IMG/VR virus record: IMGVR_UViG_3300028380_000482
Coordinates: 1 to 64,000 of that record
Direction: 5' to 3' (one strand)
Source of the DNA: a virus
Lineage: Duplodnaviria; Caudoviricetes
DNA length: 64,000 nucleotides
The stretch's first letter is position 1, and each line of letters opens with the position of its first letter. This document shows positions 55,538-64,000 of the stretch, piece by piece. A program made the translations under genes and the position numbers. The notes below the pieces were generated by a model, which searched no databases, was not told where the DNA came from, and saw only the letters and a program-made list of their open reading frames with translations.

Positions 55538-58500
55538 TTACTGGTAATACCGGGCGGACGCCCGCCGTCGCACCGTTGCTGCCGTCACAGGATTGAAGCT
55601 CGCTCCCATTTGCGCCCAACTCGCCGTGGTATTCCCAACCGTCCAATTCATCGTAACACTCGATCCCGTCGACGGTTCAGTCGACATGCTCCCTTCGACG
55701 TTACTTGATTCATTCGGATTCGCGGCAGTGGTTTGATTGACGCCAATCCCGGTTTGGAGCGGTCCGACGGCGAGGTTGGTCAGCGAGTTCAGCGCCGTCA
55801 CACAATCGACCACGAGGTCTCCGCTGGCACTTCCAGTGACAGTGATGCCGGGGGGCGTGCTGCTCGTGCCCGTGCCGATCACCGCCGTATCGAACGGGGT
55901 GGTTGGGCTCACGTCTTTGAGAAAGAGAATCCCGCCGACGAGAAACTGATTAGTCGTGTTGGCCTGCATGGTAAAGGCATGTGGGCTGCCGTCACAGGTC
56001 GGATTGAGTTGATAGTACAGTTGGGCAAAGGTGCCGTTGTTCCCGGCCTCTTGAGCTGGTCCCCCAGGAACTACGGTCATATTCACACTATTCCACTGCG
56101 GCAGATTGAGTGTGATCGCCGAGGCCCCCGCCTTGCGGGTCGACAGACACGCCACGGCGACGACATTGGTACTGCCACTGGGGCAGGTCGCGTTCACCGT
56201 CTGGAGGGCCATCGTCGCGGTTACGCCGCTATTCATCGTGACTGGCGTCCCGATCACAGAGGGGCTGGTGAGCGTCGTTGTCACGTACTCATAGGCACCG
56301 ATGTCATAGGTGCCGTTTTGCGGACGCGTGGTGCCGACGAAATCGGTGGTCACGACCGATGATACGAGACTCGATCCTTGATCGATCGCGGGTGAGCCGA
56401 CGAGGAGCGCAAAATTCCCCACCGCCGCATTGGCAAACGTCGGATTTCCCACCACGGCGCAGCCCGTGCCTGCGACCCCACAGAGATTCTGCGTGAACAC
56501 TGTTCCTGTCCCCGTGTTTACGTTGGTCGTGGTGTTCTGATAGCAAATATTGTTGCGGATGAGCGCGGCACTTTGCGGGCTCTCAATCAGCATACAGCGT
56601 CCCCCGCCCGACTTCAGATTGTTCCAGATGGTATTGTTATAGATTTGATTATTGGTCCCGCCAAAGGCCAGCCAGAGTCCGTCGCCATTGGTATTATAGA
56701 TCAGATTGTTATAGAACTGGCTGTTATCTCCAGACCCCAGGAGGATGCCATAATCAATATTATTGCGAATGGTATTATAACGATAGATATTTCCGCTCAC
56801 GCCACCCGTACCGAGGTAGGTATCAATCCCCGCCCGCCCGTTATCGTGGATGTCGTTATACTCGACAATCGAGTTGGAGGCGGTGATCCACAGTCCTGGC
56901 ACGGTCGTGCGCGCATGGTGAATGTTGCAATGATCGATGAGGATCTCGGTCCCATTAGCGTAGATCAAGCCGGTCGGGCTGGCGGTGACCCCGCCGTTCA
57001 TAATTTCGGCATTGGTAATCTGCATGTGGCCGCTGGTGGCATTGAAGCCGCCGAGTTTATACCCCTCGCCGGTGGCAGCGGTCGCATCGCAGTTGATCCC
57101 GTCAAAAATAACGTACTGCTTGACACTGGTCGTGCCTAATGTCACACAGCGCGTGCCCGCCCCACCGCTCGGCTTGAGCCACACCGAAGCGCCAGGGGCG
57201 GCGCGGACTTGTAAGGCATTCGCCCAACTGGTGCCGCCGTTGACGCTCTCATTTAAGTGTTCGGCATAATCGCCCGCCGCAATCTGTACGATCGAGCTTG
57301 ACCCGGCTCCGCTGCCGGTGCCGATACAACCAAAGGCAGCAGTGATCGTCTGTTTAGGAGTGCCCGGATTCTGCGCCGCCGTACAGTCATTGCTATTACT
57401 CCCAGTTGTGGCGACATACAACGTCAGCGGCCCGCCCGTGCCCGTGGTAAACGACCAGACGGCGTCCGCCACCAGCGCATTCCCAGCAGAATCCTTAACC
57501 CCACTCGCCCCGCTCAGCACCGTCACGGTGTAGACCGTGCTGGCCGCAAGCGGACTATTCGGCGTAAGCAGTGCCGTGACCTGCCCCCCAGTATAGGATA
57601 CCGTTGCTGGAATGGTCGTGAGCGCCGGATTTTTCAGCAGGATCTTGGTATTGGTGATGGTGGCGCTATCCATCGTCTCACTAAAGGTGACGGTCACGGC
57701 TGCCGTCAGGGGAACGCCAGTGGCGCCGTTGACTGGCGCTTGCCCGGTCACGGTGGGCGGCGTCGTGTCCGCCGTAGTAAATTCATAGGCCCCAATGTCG
57801 AACGCGGAGCCTTGGGGTCGGAACGTCCCTTCGAAATCACTCGTCAAGCCAAGCGACGTGAGATTAAACCCCTGATTCACGGCGGCAGTGGAGGAGGCTT
57901 GCAAATGGAAGTCATCCGCAGCGGCGTTGACAAAATTGGGGTTGGTAGAAGAGTTATTACTCTGGGTAATGGTCGCAGAACTTCCACCGTTCACCACGCT
58001 ATTCGATCCGGCATTGTTCCAACAGATATTGTTGCGCACCAGTGCGGTTCCCGAAGTCCCAGCCCCAATGTGAATACAGGCCCCATTCACGTACTGATCG
58101 CCCACCGTCCCGTAAATGGTATTGTTATAGATGGAGATATTCGACACGTCATAGTTGCTGGCAATGCCTGCGCCGGTATTCCCATAGACCAAATTGTTAT
58201 GGACCAGGGTGCCGCTGCCTTTGGTGATCATAATGCCGACGCCAACCTTGCCACCGGGAATTCCATTCGCCCACACGCTGTTATAGCGGGCAATCACGTT
58301 ATTGGTGTATCCGGCAACACTGGAATTCCAAATGTCGATGCCGACGCTGGCGCTGTGATGGACATTGTTATACTCAAACAGATTGTTCGCGGCGCTGACG
58401 TAAAGCGCGGGCGGAAAATCCGCACCAGCGGGGAAATTTGCCCAGTTCCCATTGTTCCCGATTTCGTTGTTCAGATATTCATTGCAGCAGCCAGAGAGCG

Positions 58501-59053
58501 GATCAGTGGTGTTGGTGGTATTGAGCACGGCGCTCATCCGCGCCCGTTTCAGCGTATTGTTCTGTATGCGAATATGATCGGCCCGGTTGAAAATTCCGTC
58601 AATTTTAATCAAATGCGAGCCGTAGTTCGGGTCGCCCAACGAGTGCCCGCCAAGACCATCAAGGGTGAGATTCTGCAAAATAATATAGCGCTGCGCGGTC
58701 GCCCCCTGACCAAAGGTGAAGATTGCACTCTCGACCGTCGGGTGTTGGGTGAGGGTGGCGGTCTCTCCGGGATACGACATAATCGTGACGGGCGTGCTCC
58801 ACGAGGTCCCGGTCGGGACATTTTCAAGATGTTCGGCGTAAGTCCCCTGCCGAATGTAGAGGGTATCTCCGGGTGCGAGACACGTGACACCGGACGCGAC
58901 GGTCAGCTTGGGCGTTGCGAGGGTTTGTGCCGTCGCGCAGCTCCGCGCATCGCTGCCTCCAGTTTGCGCCACATAATAGTTGGCCGCTTGCGCAGAATGT
59001 CCCCACAACAGAGAGAACAGGACGAACACCCAGACGAGTGTGAATTTTGTCAT
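55538..59053 (-). CDS. large parallel beta-helix protein (two beta-helix/choice-of-anchor-Q units, Big_5 Ig domain, phage-type C-terminal domain) with signal peptide
   Basis: SAQA/ANYYVA; two (N/L)YVA..GS units each ending RPQ...DIGAYE; DTTPPTV...VTFSE.M Ig domain. Confidence 0.85.
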   Translation of the reverse strand: MTKFTLVWVFVLFSLLWGHSAQAANYYVAQTGGSDARSCATAQTLATPKLTVASGVTCLAPGDTLYIRQGTYAEHLENVPTGTSWSTPVTIMSYPGETATLTQHPTVESAIFTFGQGATAQRYIILQNLTLDGLGGHSLGDPNYGSHLIKIDGIFNRADHIRIQNNTLKRARMSAVLNTTNTTDPLSGCCNEYLNNEIGNNGNWANFPAGADFPPALYVSAANNLFEYNNVHHSASVGIDIWNSSVAGYTNNVIARYNSVWANGIPGGKVGVGIMITKGSGTLVHNNLVYGNTGAGIASNYDVSNISIYNNTIYGTVGDQYVNGACIHIGAGTSGTALVRNNICWNNAGSNSVVNGGSSATITQSNNSSTNPNFVNAAADDFHLQASSTAAVNQGFNLTSLGLTSDFEGTFRPQGSAFDIGAYEFTTADTTPPTVTGQAPVNGATGVPLTAAVTVTFSETMDSATITNTKILLKNPALTTIPATVSYTGGQVTALLTPNSPLAASTVYTVTVLSGASGVKDSAGNALVADAVWSFTTGTGGPLTLYVATTGSNSNDCTAAQNPGTPKQTITAAFGCIGTGSGAGSSSIVQIAAGDYAEHLNESVNGGTSWANALQVRAAPGASVWLKPSGGAGTRCVTLGTTSVKQYVIFDGINCDATAATGEGYKLGGFNATSGHMQITNAEIMNGGVTASPTGLIYANGTEILIDHCNIHHARTTVPGLWITASNSIVEYNDIHDNGRAGIDTYLGTGGVSGNIYRYNTIRNNIDYGILLGSGDNSQFYNNLIYNTNGDGLWLAFGGTNNQIYNNTIWNNLKSGGGRCMLIESPQSAALIRNNICYQNTTTNVNTGTGTVFTQNLCGVAGTGCAVVGNPTFANAAVGNFALLVGSPAIDQGSSLVSSVVTTDFVGTTRPQNGTYDIGAYEYVTTTLTSPSVIGTPVTMNSGVTATMALQTVNATCPSGSTNVVAVACLSTRKAGASAITLNLPQWNSVNMTVVPGGPAQEAGNNGTFAQLYYQLNPTCDGSPHAFTMQANTTNQFLVGGILFLKDVSPTTPFDTAVIGTGTSSTPPGITVTGSASGDLVVDCVTALNSLTNLAVGPLQTGIGVNQTTAANPNESSNVEGSMSTEPSTGSSVTMNWTVGNTTASWAQMGASFNPVTAATVRRRASARYYQ

Positions 59054-59853
59054 TACCGCCCTACTCCTAAGAGCATGAACTGTGGCACAGCGAGGGACGG
59101 CGGGATTTCTACAATCACGGGCGGCTGGTACCGCCGAAATTCCAAGAAGGGATCGCGGTAGAGACTCTGAATTTCCTGGGCATCGAGCGCCCGGTTGTAA
59201 ATCCGTACGTCGTCCAGCTTACCTTTGTAGAAATCCCCCAAATTTTCCGAGCCGAGATAGACCGGCGTTGTGCTGTCAAACATGGTTGCTGGCGTTGAGC
59301 CAGTCACAGTCCCCGGAAGCGGTGCGCCATCCCGATAGATGAGCTGAATCTGTGGGGTCGCCCCTCTCCAGACCCCCACAATGTGATGCCACACGCCTAT
59401 CGTATCAGTCGTGAACGCTGCCGTACTGCCAAACCACACGTCCCCCGTGCTGGTGGCAGTGACGGATAAGTAATACTTGTTATCTGTGGAGCGCAGCAAT
59501 TCAAATGATCGTTGAGCGCCAGCAGAGAGAGACCATTTTGTCACGTAAGGTTGTATGACCCCATTCTCTGCTTCATTGACCCATACGGAGACCGTCAACT
59601 CTTGGATTGGAAAGGGACGATCAGGAATGGTCACGTAATCATTGGTCCCATCAAAATTGATCGCGCCCCCAAACTGCCCCACATCCCAGGTCGGACCACC
59701 CGTCAGTACCCCGGTCCAGCCGTTGCCGCTCACATCATAGGCATTGAGGCCCGCGCCTTCGTTGCACATCCAGTGACCCATACAGCCCCGGTAGCGGGGG
59801 TGGCCGCGATGCCCGCCGCCCGAAATTTGCGCCAGTGAGGGCTTATACAGCAC
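59053..59853 (-). CDS. LamG/concanavalin-like tail-associated protein
   Basis: GHW..NEG.G..AYD.SGNG, FDGTNDYV, WHHIVG, GKLDDVRIYNRAL. Confidence 0.9.
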   Translation of the reverse strand: MLYKPSLAQISGGGHRGHPRYRGCMGHWMCNEGAGLNAYDVSGNGWTGVLTGGPTWDVGQFGGAINFDGTNDYVTIPDRPFPIQELTVSVWVNEAENGVIQPYVTKWSLSAGAQRSFELLRSTDNKYYLSVTATSTGDVWFGSTAAFTTDTIGVWHHIVGVWRGATPQIQLIYRDGAPLPGTVTGSTPATMFDSTTPVYLGSENLGDFYKGKLDDVRIYNRALDAQEIQSLYRDPFLEFRRYQPPVIVEIPPSLAVPQFMLLGVGR

Positions 59854-60344
59854 TAGAGGCTTACTCCCGTGTAGTTGAGGACGTGGTCGCCCGCCGTCGC
59901 ACTGAGTGCCACGTTACTATCATGCACGACAAAGAGGCCATGAAATTTGGGCATCTGCCCACCGAAGGCTTGCGCGAGCGAAACTGGACCAAACCAGTAC
60001 ACTCGGCTTGCAGTCGTATCGACAAACAGCCGATCCACAAGCCGGAGGGCCCCGCGCTTGATATTGGCGCTGGTAATCGTGCGGTTACCGGAAGTCCCGG
60101 TGAGGACATCAGGATAGGTCGGGGTGTCGTTCACGCTGCCGAACGCCCAAATCTCAATAGTACGGTCCGCCGTCGCGGCGCTGCTGCCCATCGTGATCCT
60201 GCCGCCCACCAGGAAATCATTGTAGGTCGTCGTGGTATTATCAACCGTCGTGCTCTGCGTGCCCGCTAACAACACCCCAGCGGTCGTCGATGCCAAGCTA
60301 GTGAGCGTGATCGTGTAGGCTGCCGATGCCCCGTAGGTACTCAT
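59853..60344 (-). CDS. phage virion-associated protein
   Basis: TITLTSLAS...; family often paired with LamG genes in tail operons. Confidence 0.7.
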   Translation of the reverse strand: MSTYGASAAYTITLTSLASTTAGVLLAGTQSTTVDNTTTTYNDFLVGGRITMGSSAATADRTIEIWAFGSVNDTPTYPDVLTGTSGNRTITSANIKRGALRLVDRLFVDTTASRVYWFGPVSLAQAFGGQMPKFHGLFVVHDSNVALSATAGDHVLNYTGVSL

Positions 60345-60361
60345 TTAGGATCTCCTTGGGG

Positions 60362-60874
60362 TCATGGTAACTGCCACGCATTCAAGACATCGTCGTAGCT
60401 GAACGTGCCTTCAAAGGTCAGCGTGGAAGGGCTCGACGTACTGGCAGGGGATTGCGGCGTGGCATAAATCTTCTCGCCGCGATTGGCGAGACGCCGTGCC
60501 ATTGCCAGCAAATGTGTCCGTTGCGCCGTGCCTGGCCCCCCACTAAAGATGTCGGCCCAGCCTTGCCGGACGTTGGGCAGCGAGGGATTCACGCCCGCCC
60601 GATCCGAGAACATATCGCCCCAACAATCACGCTCCCCCTGCGAACGGGCAATGTAGATCGTATAATTCCACGTCGTGCCATCGACCGAGGTACTACTAAC
60701 AATCTCCGCTTTCGTGAGTGACGTGCGCCACACCCAGAAATCGGGCTGGGCAGGCAAGGCATACATCGCCGCAATCATCGCGGCATTCTCGGTCGTGTGT
60801 TCGAGCGCATTCATGACCGGGTTCTTTGCCATATCCGCTTTGAGGGCGGACCATTGTTCTGGGGTCAGTGCCAT
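60362..60874 (-). CDS. phage virion-associated protein
   Basis: MALTPEQ..ALKAD...VWRT...NPS..NVRQG.ADIFSG. Confidence 0.7.
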   Translation of the reverse strand: MALTPEQWSALKADMAKNPVMNALEHTTENAAMIAAMYALPAQPDFWVWRTSLTKAEIVSSTSVDGTTWNYTIYIARSQGERDCWGDMFSDRAGVNPSLPNVRQGWADIFSGGPGTAQRTHLLAMARRLANRGEKIYATPQSPASTSSPSTLTFEGTFSYDDVLNAWQLP

Positions 60875-61023
60875 TGGTTCCTCCTCTAACTCTTCACGAG
60901 AGGCTGCCTCACAAACTGTGTGGCATTTGAAAAATGGTGGGGATGGGTTATAGTAGAGGGAGTCGTCTTACCGATGCTGACAACACCGGTAAGACAAGCA
61001 CCACCATGAAAGGATACTTCACG

Positions 61024-61800
61024 ATGGAACCTTCCTCTCGTTCTAGCAAATCCAATCCCGAATTGACAGGTTTGACAAATCGCATGAAGGCTATCAAAGC
61101 CTACAATGCGAAAAAGTTGGCCGTGCCTGCCTATGTTCTGTCTAAGATCCCGGTTCCCCCTAAACAGTGTATTGCTGAAGGATGCGAGAAGACGCGGTTT
61201 GCACGTGGGTTGTGTAGTACACACTACACCCGCGCCGTGCGTCGAGAAACTCTTCCGACCATCAGGGTTCGTCACGTTGATCCTACCGCCATTGTTATTG
61301 ATCCTATGGAAGCCTCGTGGCTGGCCGGGTTCTTCGATGGGGAAGGGTCGATTTCTATTACCAAATGCGAACCAGGAAACTCGTTTCGACGTACTCCGGC
61401 GTTCAACTTGGTTGTGGCGATGGGAAACACAGACGAAACCGCTGTCCGGGCATACTGTTGTAGTTTTGGCGGGGCCGTTATTCCCCGACAAAGTGCGACC
61501 CCTAGTCGCCGAAAAATGTGGTATTGGAGCGCAGGACAGTGGAACGCCTTGCGATTTCTCAACACTCTTCGTCCTTATTTGCGAGTTAAACATCAACAGG
61601 CTGACGTTGCCGGACTTTTTATGGCAACCTTTCTTCCTTCGGGTTGGGGATGGGCTAAGCCCGTACCGCCAGATCTCATCGAACAGCGCCGTTGTTTGTA
61701 TTTCCGTATGATGGAACTGAATAACGGTGTTGCGTGGCGTAAGCATATAGATTCACAAAAAGTTATCAACTCTTCACTACGACATACTCCGCGCTCATAA
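61024..61800 (+). CDS. free-standing LAGLIDADG homing endonuclease with N-terminal Zn finger (start uncertain; ORF open from 60934)
   Basis: WLAGFFDGEGSISI, LRPYLRVKHQQA; CIAEGC....ARGLCSTHY. Confidence 0.88.
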   Translation: MEPSSRSSKSNPELTGLTNRMKAIKAYNAKKLAVPAYVLSKIPVPPKQCIAEGCEKTRFARGLCSTHYTRAVRRETLPTIRVRHVDPTAIVIDPMEASWLAGFFDGEGSISITKCEPGNSFRRTPAFNLVVAMGNTDETAVRAYCCSFGGAVIPRQSATPSRRKMWYWSAGQWNALRFLNTLRPYLRVKHQQADVAGLFMATFLPSGWGWAKPVPPDLIEQRRCLYFRMMELNNGVAWRKHIDSQKVINSSLRHTPRS

Positions 61801-62761
61801 ACACGCTCGAAACCCCTACGCTGAGCGCCCCATTAAAGGCGGTGTTTTCTGAGATGATTCTTCGCGACGGGCTGTAGTTCTCTCCACCACCGTTCGCTGC
61901 TGCCGCGAGGTAGGCAAACGTGGTCGCGCCGTCTTTCAAATCTACCCGTGTGAGCGTCGCGCTCGTGTTATAGGACTTGACCGTGCGGAGCATGATCGAC
62001 TTATTTGCTCCTGGCGCCGCGACAATCGCGACATCCCCCGTGCCAGTGAGAGTTGCCACGGCCGGCAGCGACGGGGCATTAGAGCGTGAGCCATCGAGCA
62101 CGGGTAACGGCCAGGGGTTCTTTTTACACTCAATGCGCAGTGTGGTCGTCAATGTTCCGCCGTTCACATACAGGACCCGGAAGAACTCACCAAACAAGTT
62201 GACGCTAAAAGAGGCGGCTTGTCCGGCGGCGACGTTCCGGTAATCGGCAATGTCCCAGTTGGTACCGTCCACACTTTGTTCCACCGCCAGTCCATCGGCA
62301 GCCGAGGCGTGCGAAGACAGCACCATCACAGTGACACTGGCGTAACTGAGCGTACTCTCGCCCGTGCCGGTGAAGGTGGCCCCGCCCGCTAAGTTTGTGG
62401 TACTGCTATTCGCCGTTGAGATTACTGCTGGTGCCACTATATCTATCCAACTTGGGTTTTGACTGCTTCCGTTTGTACTGAGCACCTGCCCAGCACTGCC
62501 GGGACCGAGCGGCACCCATGCACTTGCACTGCGGTAGAGAATCGATCCTTGGGTTGCAGAGAGCGTATCCAAAATGGCAGACGCCGCCGCGTTGATCGTC
62601 GCATCCCCTGTACCCGCATCGGCACCCGTAGCACTGATTGTGATGCCAGTTCCTTGAATAACTTTCGCCAGTACGGCAGAGCCGGACGTGGTGACATCGA
62701 GGTCAGACCGTTTGACTTCTCCCGCGCCAATTTGGGGTGAGCGAACCTGTGTAATTGCCAC
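61766..62761 (-). CDS. tail fibre-associated protein
   Basis: QGSILYR.ASAW..LGPG.AGQVL; NSSTT.L..GATFTG.GE; FRV.Y.NG. Confidence 0.75.
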   Translation of the reverse strand: MAITQVRSPQIGAGEVKRSDLDVTTSGSAVLAKVIQGTGITISATGADAGTGDATINAAASAILDTLSATQGSILYRSASAWVPLGPGSAGQVLSTNGSSQNPSWIDIVAPAVISTANSSTTNLAGGATFTGTGESTLSYASVTVMVLSSHASAADGLAVEQSVDGTNWDIADYRNVAAGQAASFSVNLFGEFFRVLYVNGGTLTTTLRIECKKNPWPLPVLDGSRSNAPSLPAVATLTGTGDVAIVAAPGANKSIMLRTVKSYNTSATLTRVDLKDGATTFAYLAAAANGGGENYSPSRRIISENTAFNGALSVGVSSVFMSAEYVVVKS

Positions 62762-62777
62762 AATGGAGTGTGCCCCT

Positions 62778-63929
62778 CTACGCGACCGCGTAGCTCACGC
62801 GGATTTTATCCCCGGTCTGCAACACAACGAGTGACGTGATTACTGCCGCCGCAATGGTATAGTCATTCCCTGCCCCTGGTTCCATGAGCAAACCGTTGAC
62901 GAACACCTCCTCACTCCCGGCAATCGGCGTATTCGCTAGCGTGTAAGAAGTATTTGATCCATTCACTAATCCTGTGGGCGTTTCCCGCACAATGCGGCGT
63001 CCCGAGGTCACTTTCAGCCCGGTCGAACTACTTGTGAGTGAGGTGCCGTCGAGCTTCACCTGCAACGCGTCAGTGACAATTTCTATACCGCCCGCCGCCG
63101 CCACATTCACAGAAAGTGCAGTACCTGCGCCACCGGCGAGACCATTCCCCGCTACGGCGGCGGCAATCTGCGTAGCCGTGATTCCGGCGTCGGCGACTTT
63201 CGCACCGGTCCCACTCGTTGTGAGAGTCGTGCCATCGAGCTTGATTCTGACGCCGGTCGAAGTTTCTAATCCCCCCGTAGTATTGAGATTCACTGAGACG
63301 GCATCGGCAGCCACGGTCAGCGAGGTATCCGCAGTGACTACATCAAACGTCGAGCCCGTGAGGGTGAGCCCCGCCCCGGCTGAATAGGACGTTCCGCCTG
63401 CGAACAGCGTGAAGACGAGGGGAGTTGTACCAAGGGTAATCGGATCATTGGTAGTGAGGATGAACTGCTTGTCGCCGTTCGTCGTCCCTTCGTTCACCCA
63501 CATCATCATCCCGCCTTTGACTTCGGCGGACACATCGGCATCAAGAGCACGGGTCCACGCGCCCGAGGCCACGAGATAAATGCCGTTATTCTGACCTGTG
63601 CTTTGGTCTTTGACTAAACACCGATCATTGACGCTGAGGGCGACGCCATCAACCGTTTGCGTGCCCGAGAGGGTAATGTTCGCCGTGGTGGCTGCCCGCA
63701 CCGGATCTTTGACAAGCACACCTTGCCGAGCAGCATCGACCTGGGCGACGGTTGCGGCATCGGTCCCCGCAACGCCTGCCAGCAGGTTAGTAATCTTAAA
63801 CCCACCGTGTGACTGATCGGCGGTGAAGGCGTTGACACCGTCCCCTCTGATAATGCCACTATCCACGCGGGTCTTATCAATCGAGGCAGATTGTATCTGT
63901 CTGTTCCCATTTATTTGGCTGAGCGCCAT
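62778..63929 (-). CDS. tail fibre / virion fibre protein
   Basis: KDPVRAATTANITLSGTQTVDGVAL...LVKDQ.....NGIY...WTRA.DAD; RETPTG.VNGSNT.YTLA..P...SE.VFVNG. Confidence 0.85.
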   Translation of the reverse strand: MALSQINGNRQIQSASIDKTRVDSGIIRGDGVNAFTADQSHGGFKITNLLAGVAGTDAATVAQVDAARQGVLVKDPVRAATTANITLSGTQTVDGVALSVNDRCLVKDQSTGQNNGIYLVASGAWTRALDADVSAEVKGGMMMWVNEGTTNGDKQFILTTNDPITLGTTPLVFTLFAGGTSYSAGAGLTLTGSTFDVVTADTSLTVAADAVSVNLNTTGGLETSTGVRIKLDGTTLTTSGTGAKVADAGITATQIAAAVAGNGLAGGAGTALSVNVAAAGGIEIVTDALQVKLDGTSLTSSSTGLKVTSGRRIVRETPTGLVNGSNTSYTLANTPIAGSEEVFVNGLLMEPGAGNDYTIAAAVITSLVVLQTGDKIRVSYAVA

Positions 63930-64000
63930 ATTCTATTTTCCTTCTGAAGAAGAACCTGTTACACTGATTAGGCGGCTAGAGAAGGCCTCTCGAACACTCA

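Noticed and set aside
57740-59161. 473-aa plus-strand ORF
   Set aside because: Antisense shadow of the beta-helix gene.
60886-61746. 286-aa minus-strand ORF, or a group I intron around the LAGLIDADG gene
   Set aside because: The ORF is the shadow of the LAGLIDADG gene. Flanking tail genes are complete and the endonuclease is antisense, so no spliced intron is needed.
1-64000. tRNA/rRNA genes, integrase, reverse transcriptase (DGR/retron), DNA polymerase, relaxase
   Set aside because: No diagnostic motifs recognised by eye; needs tRNAscan/HMM confirmation, and such genes could lie outside the window.

Overview
The window looks like the non-structural half of a tailed-phage genome plus the end of its tail and lysis operon, and it carries a large type IV secretion/conjugation-like locus. 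Left edge (- strand): a truncated ParB-like/DNA-methylase gene of the kind usually found next to terminase genes. 2.8-20 kb (+): phage early and replication genes (two SNF2 helicases, VRR-NUC nuclease, SSB-like protein, RepB'-type primase, AT-rich origin candidate, UvrD helicase, a two-frame C5 methyltransferase, an RNase H fold lacking its catalytic residues, a stranded TnpB element). 21-22.6 kb: a secreted copper-radical oxidase. 23-40.6 kb: a diverged, rearranged Trb/VirB T4SS (TrbE, J, L, F, G, I, TraF, TrbB, C, D) with a TrwA-like RHH protein and a TrwB/TraD coupling protein, interleaved with small phage-like ORFs. No relaxase, integrase, ParA or DNA polymerase is recognisable in the window. 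41-53 kb: a host-type parS-like site, a third SNF2 helicase, an HNH, an N6/N4 methylase, a 7x21-bp palindromic array, secreted beta-roll proteins and small early genes. 53-64 kb (-): lysis cassette (GH19 endolysin, holin-like genes) and tail-fibre/LamG/beta-helix genes, with an antisense LAGLIDADG endonuclease. Six + strand promoters share an AGGTWCAAYYT box in the -35/-10 spacer. All assignments come from motifs read by eye; no database searches were run.
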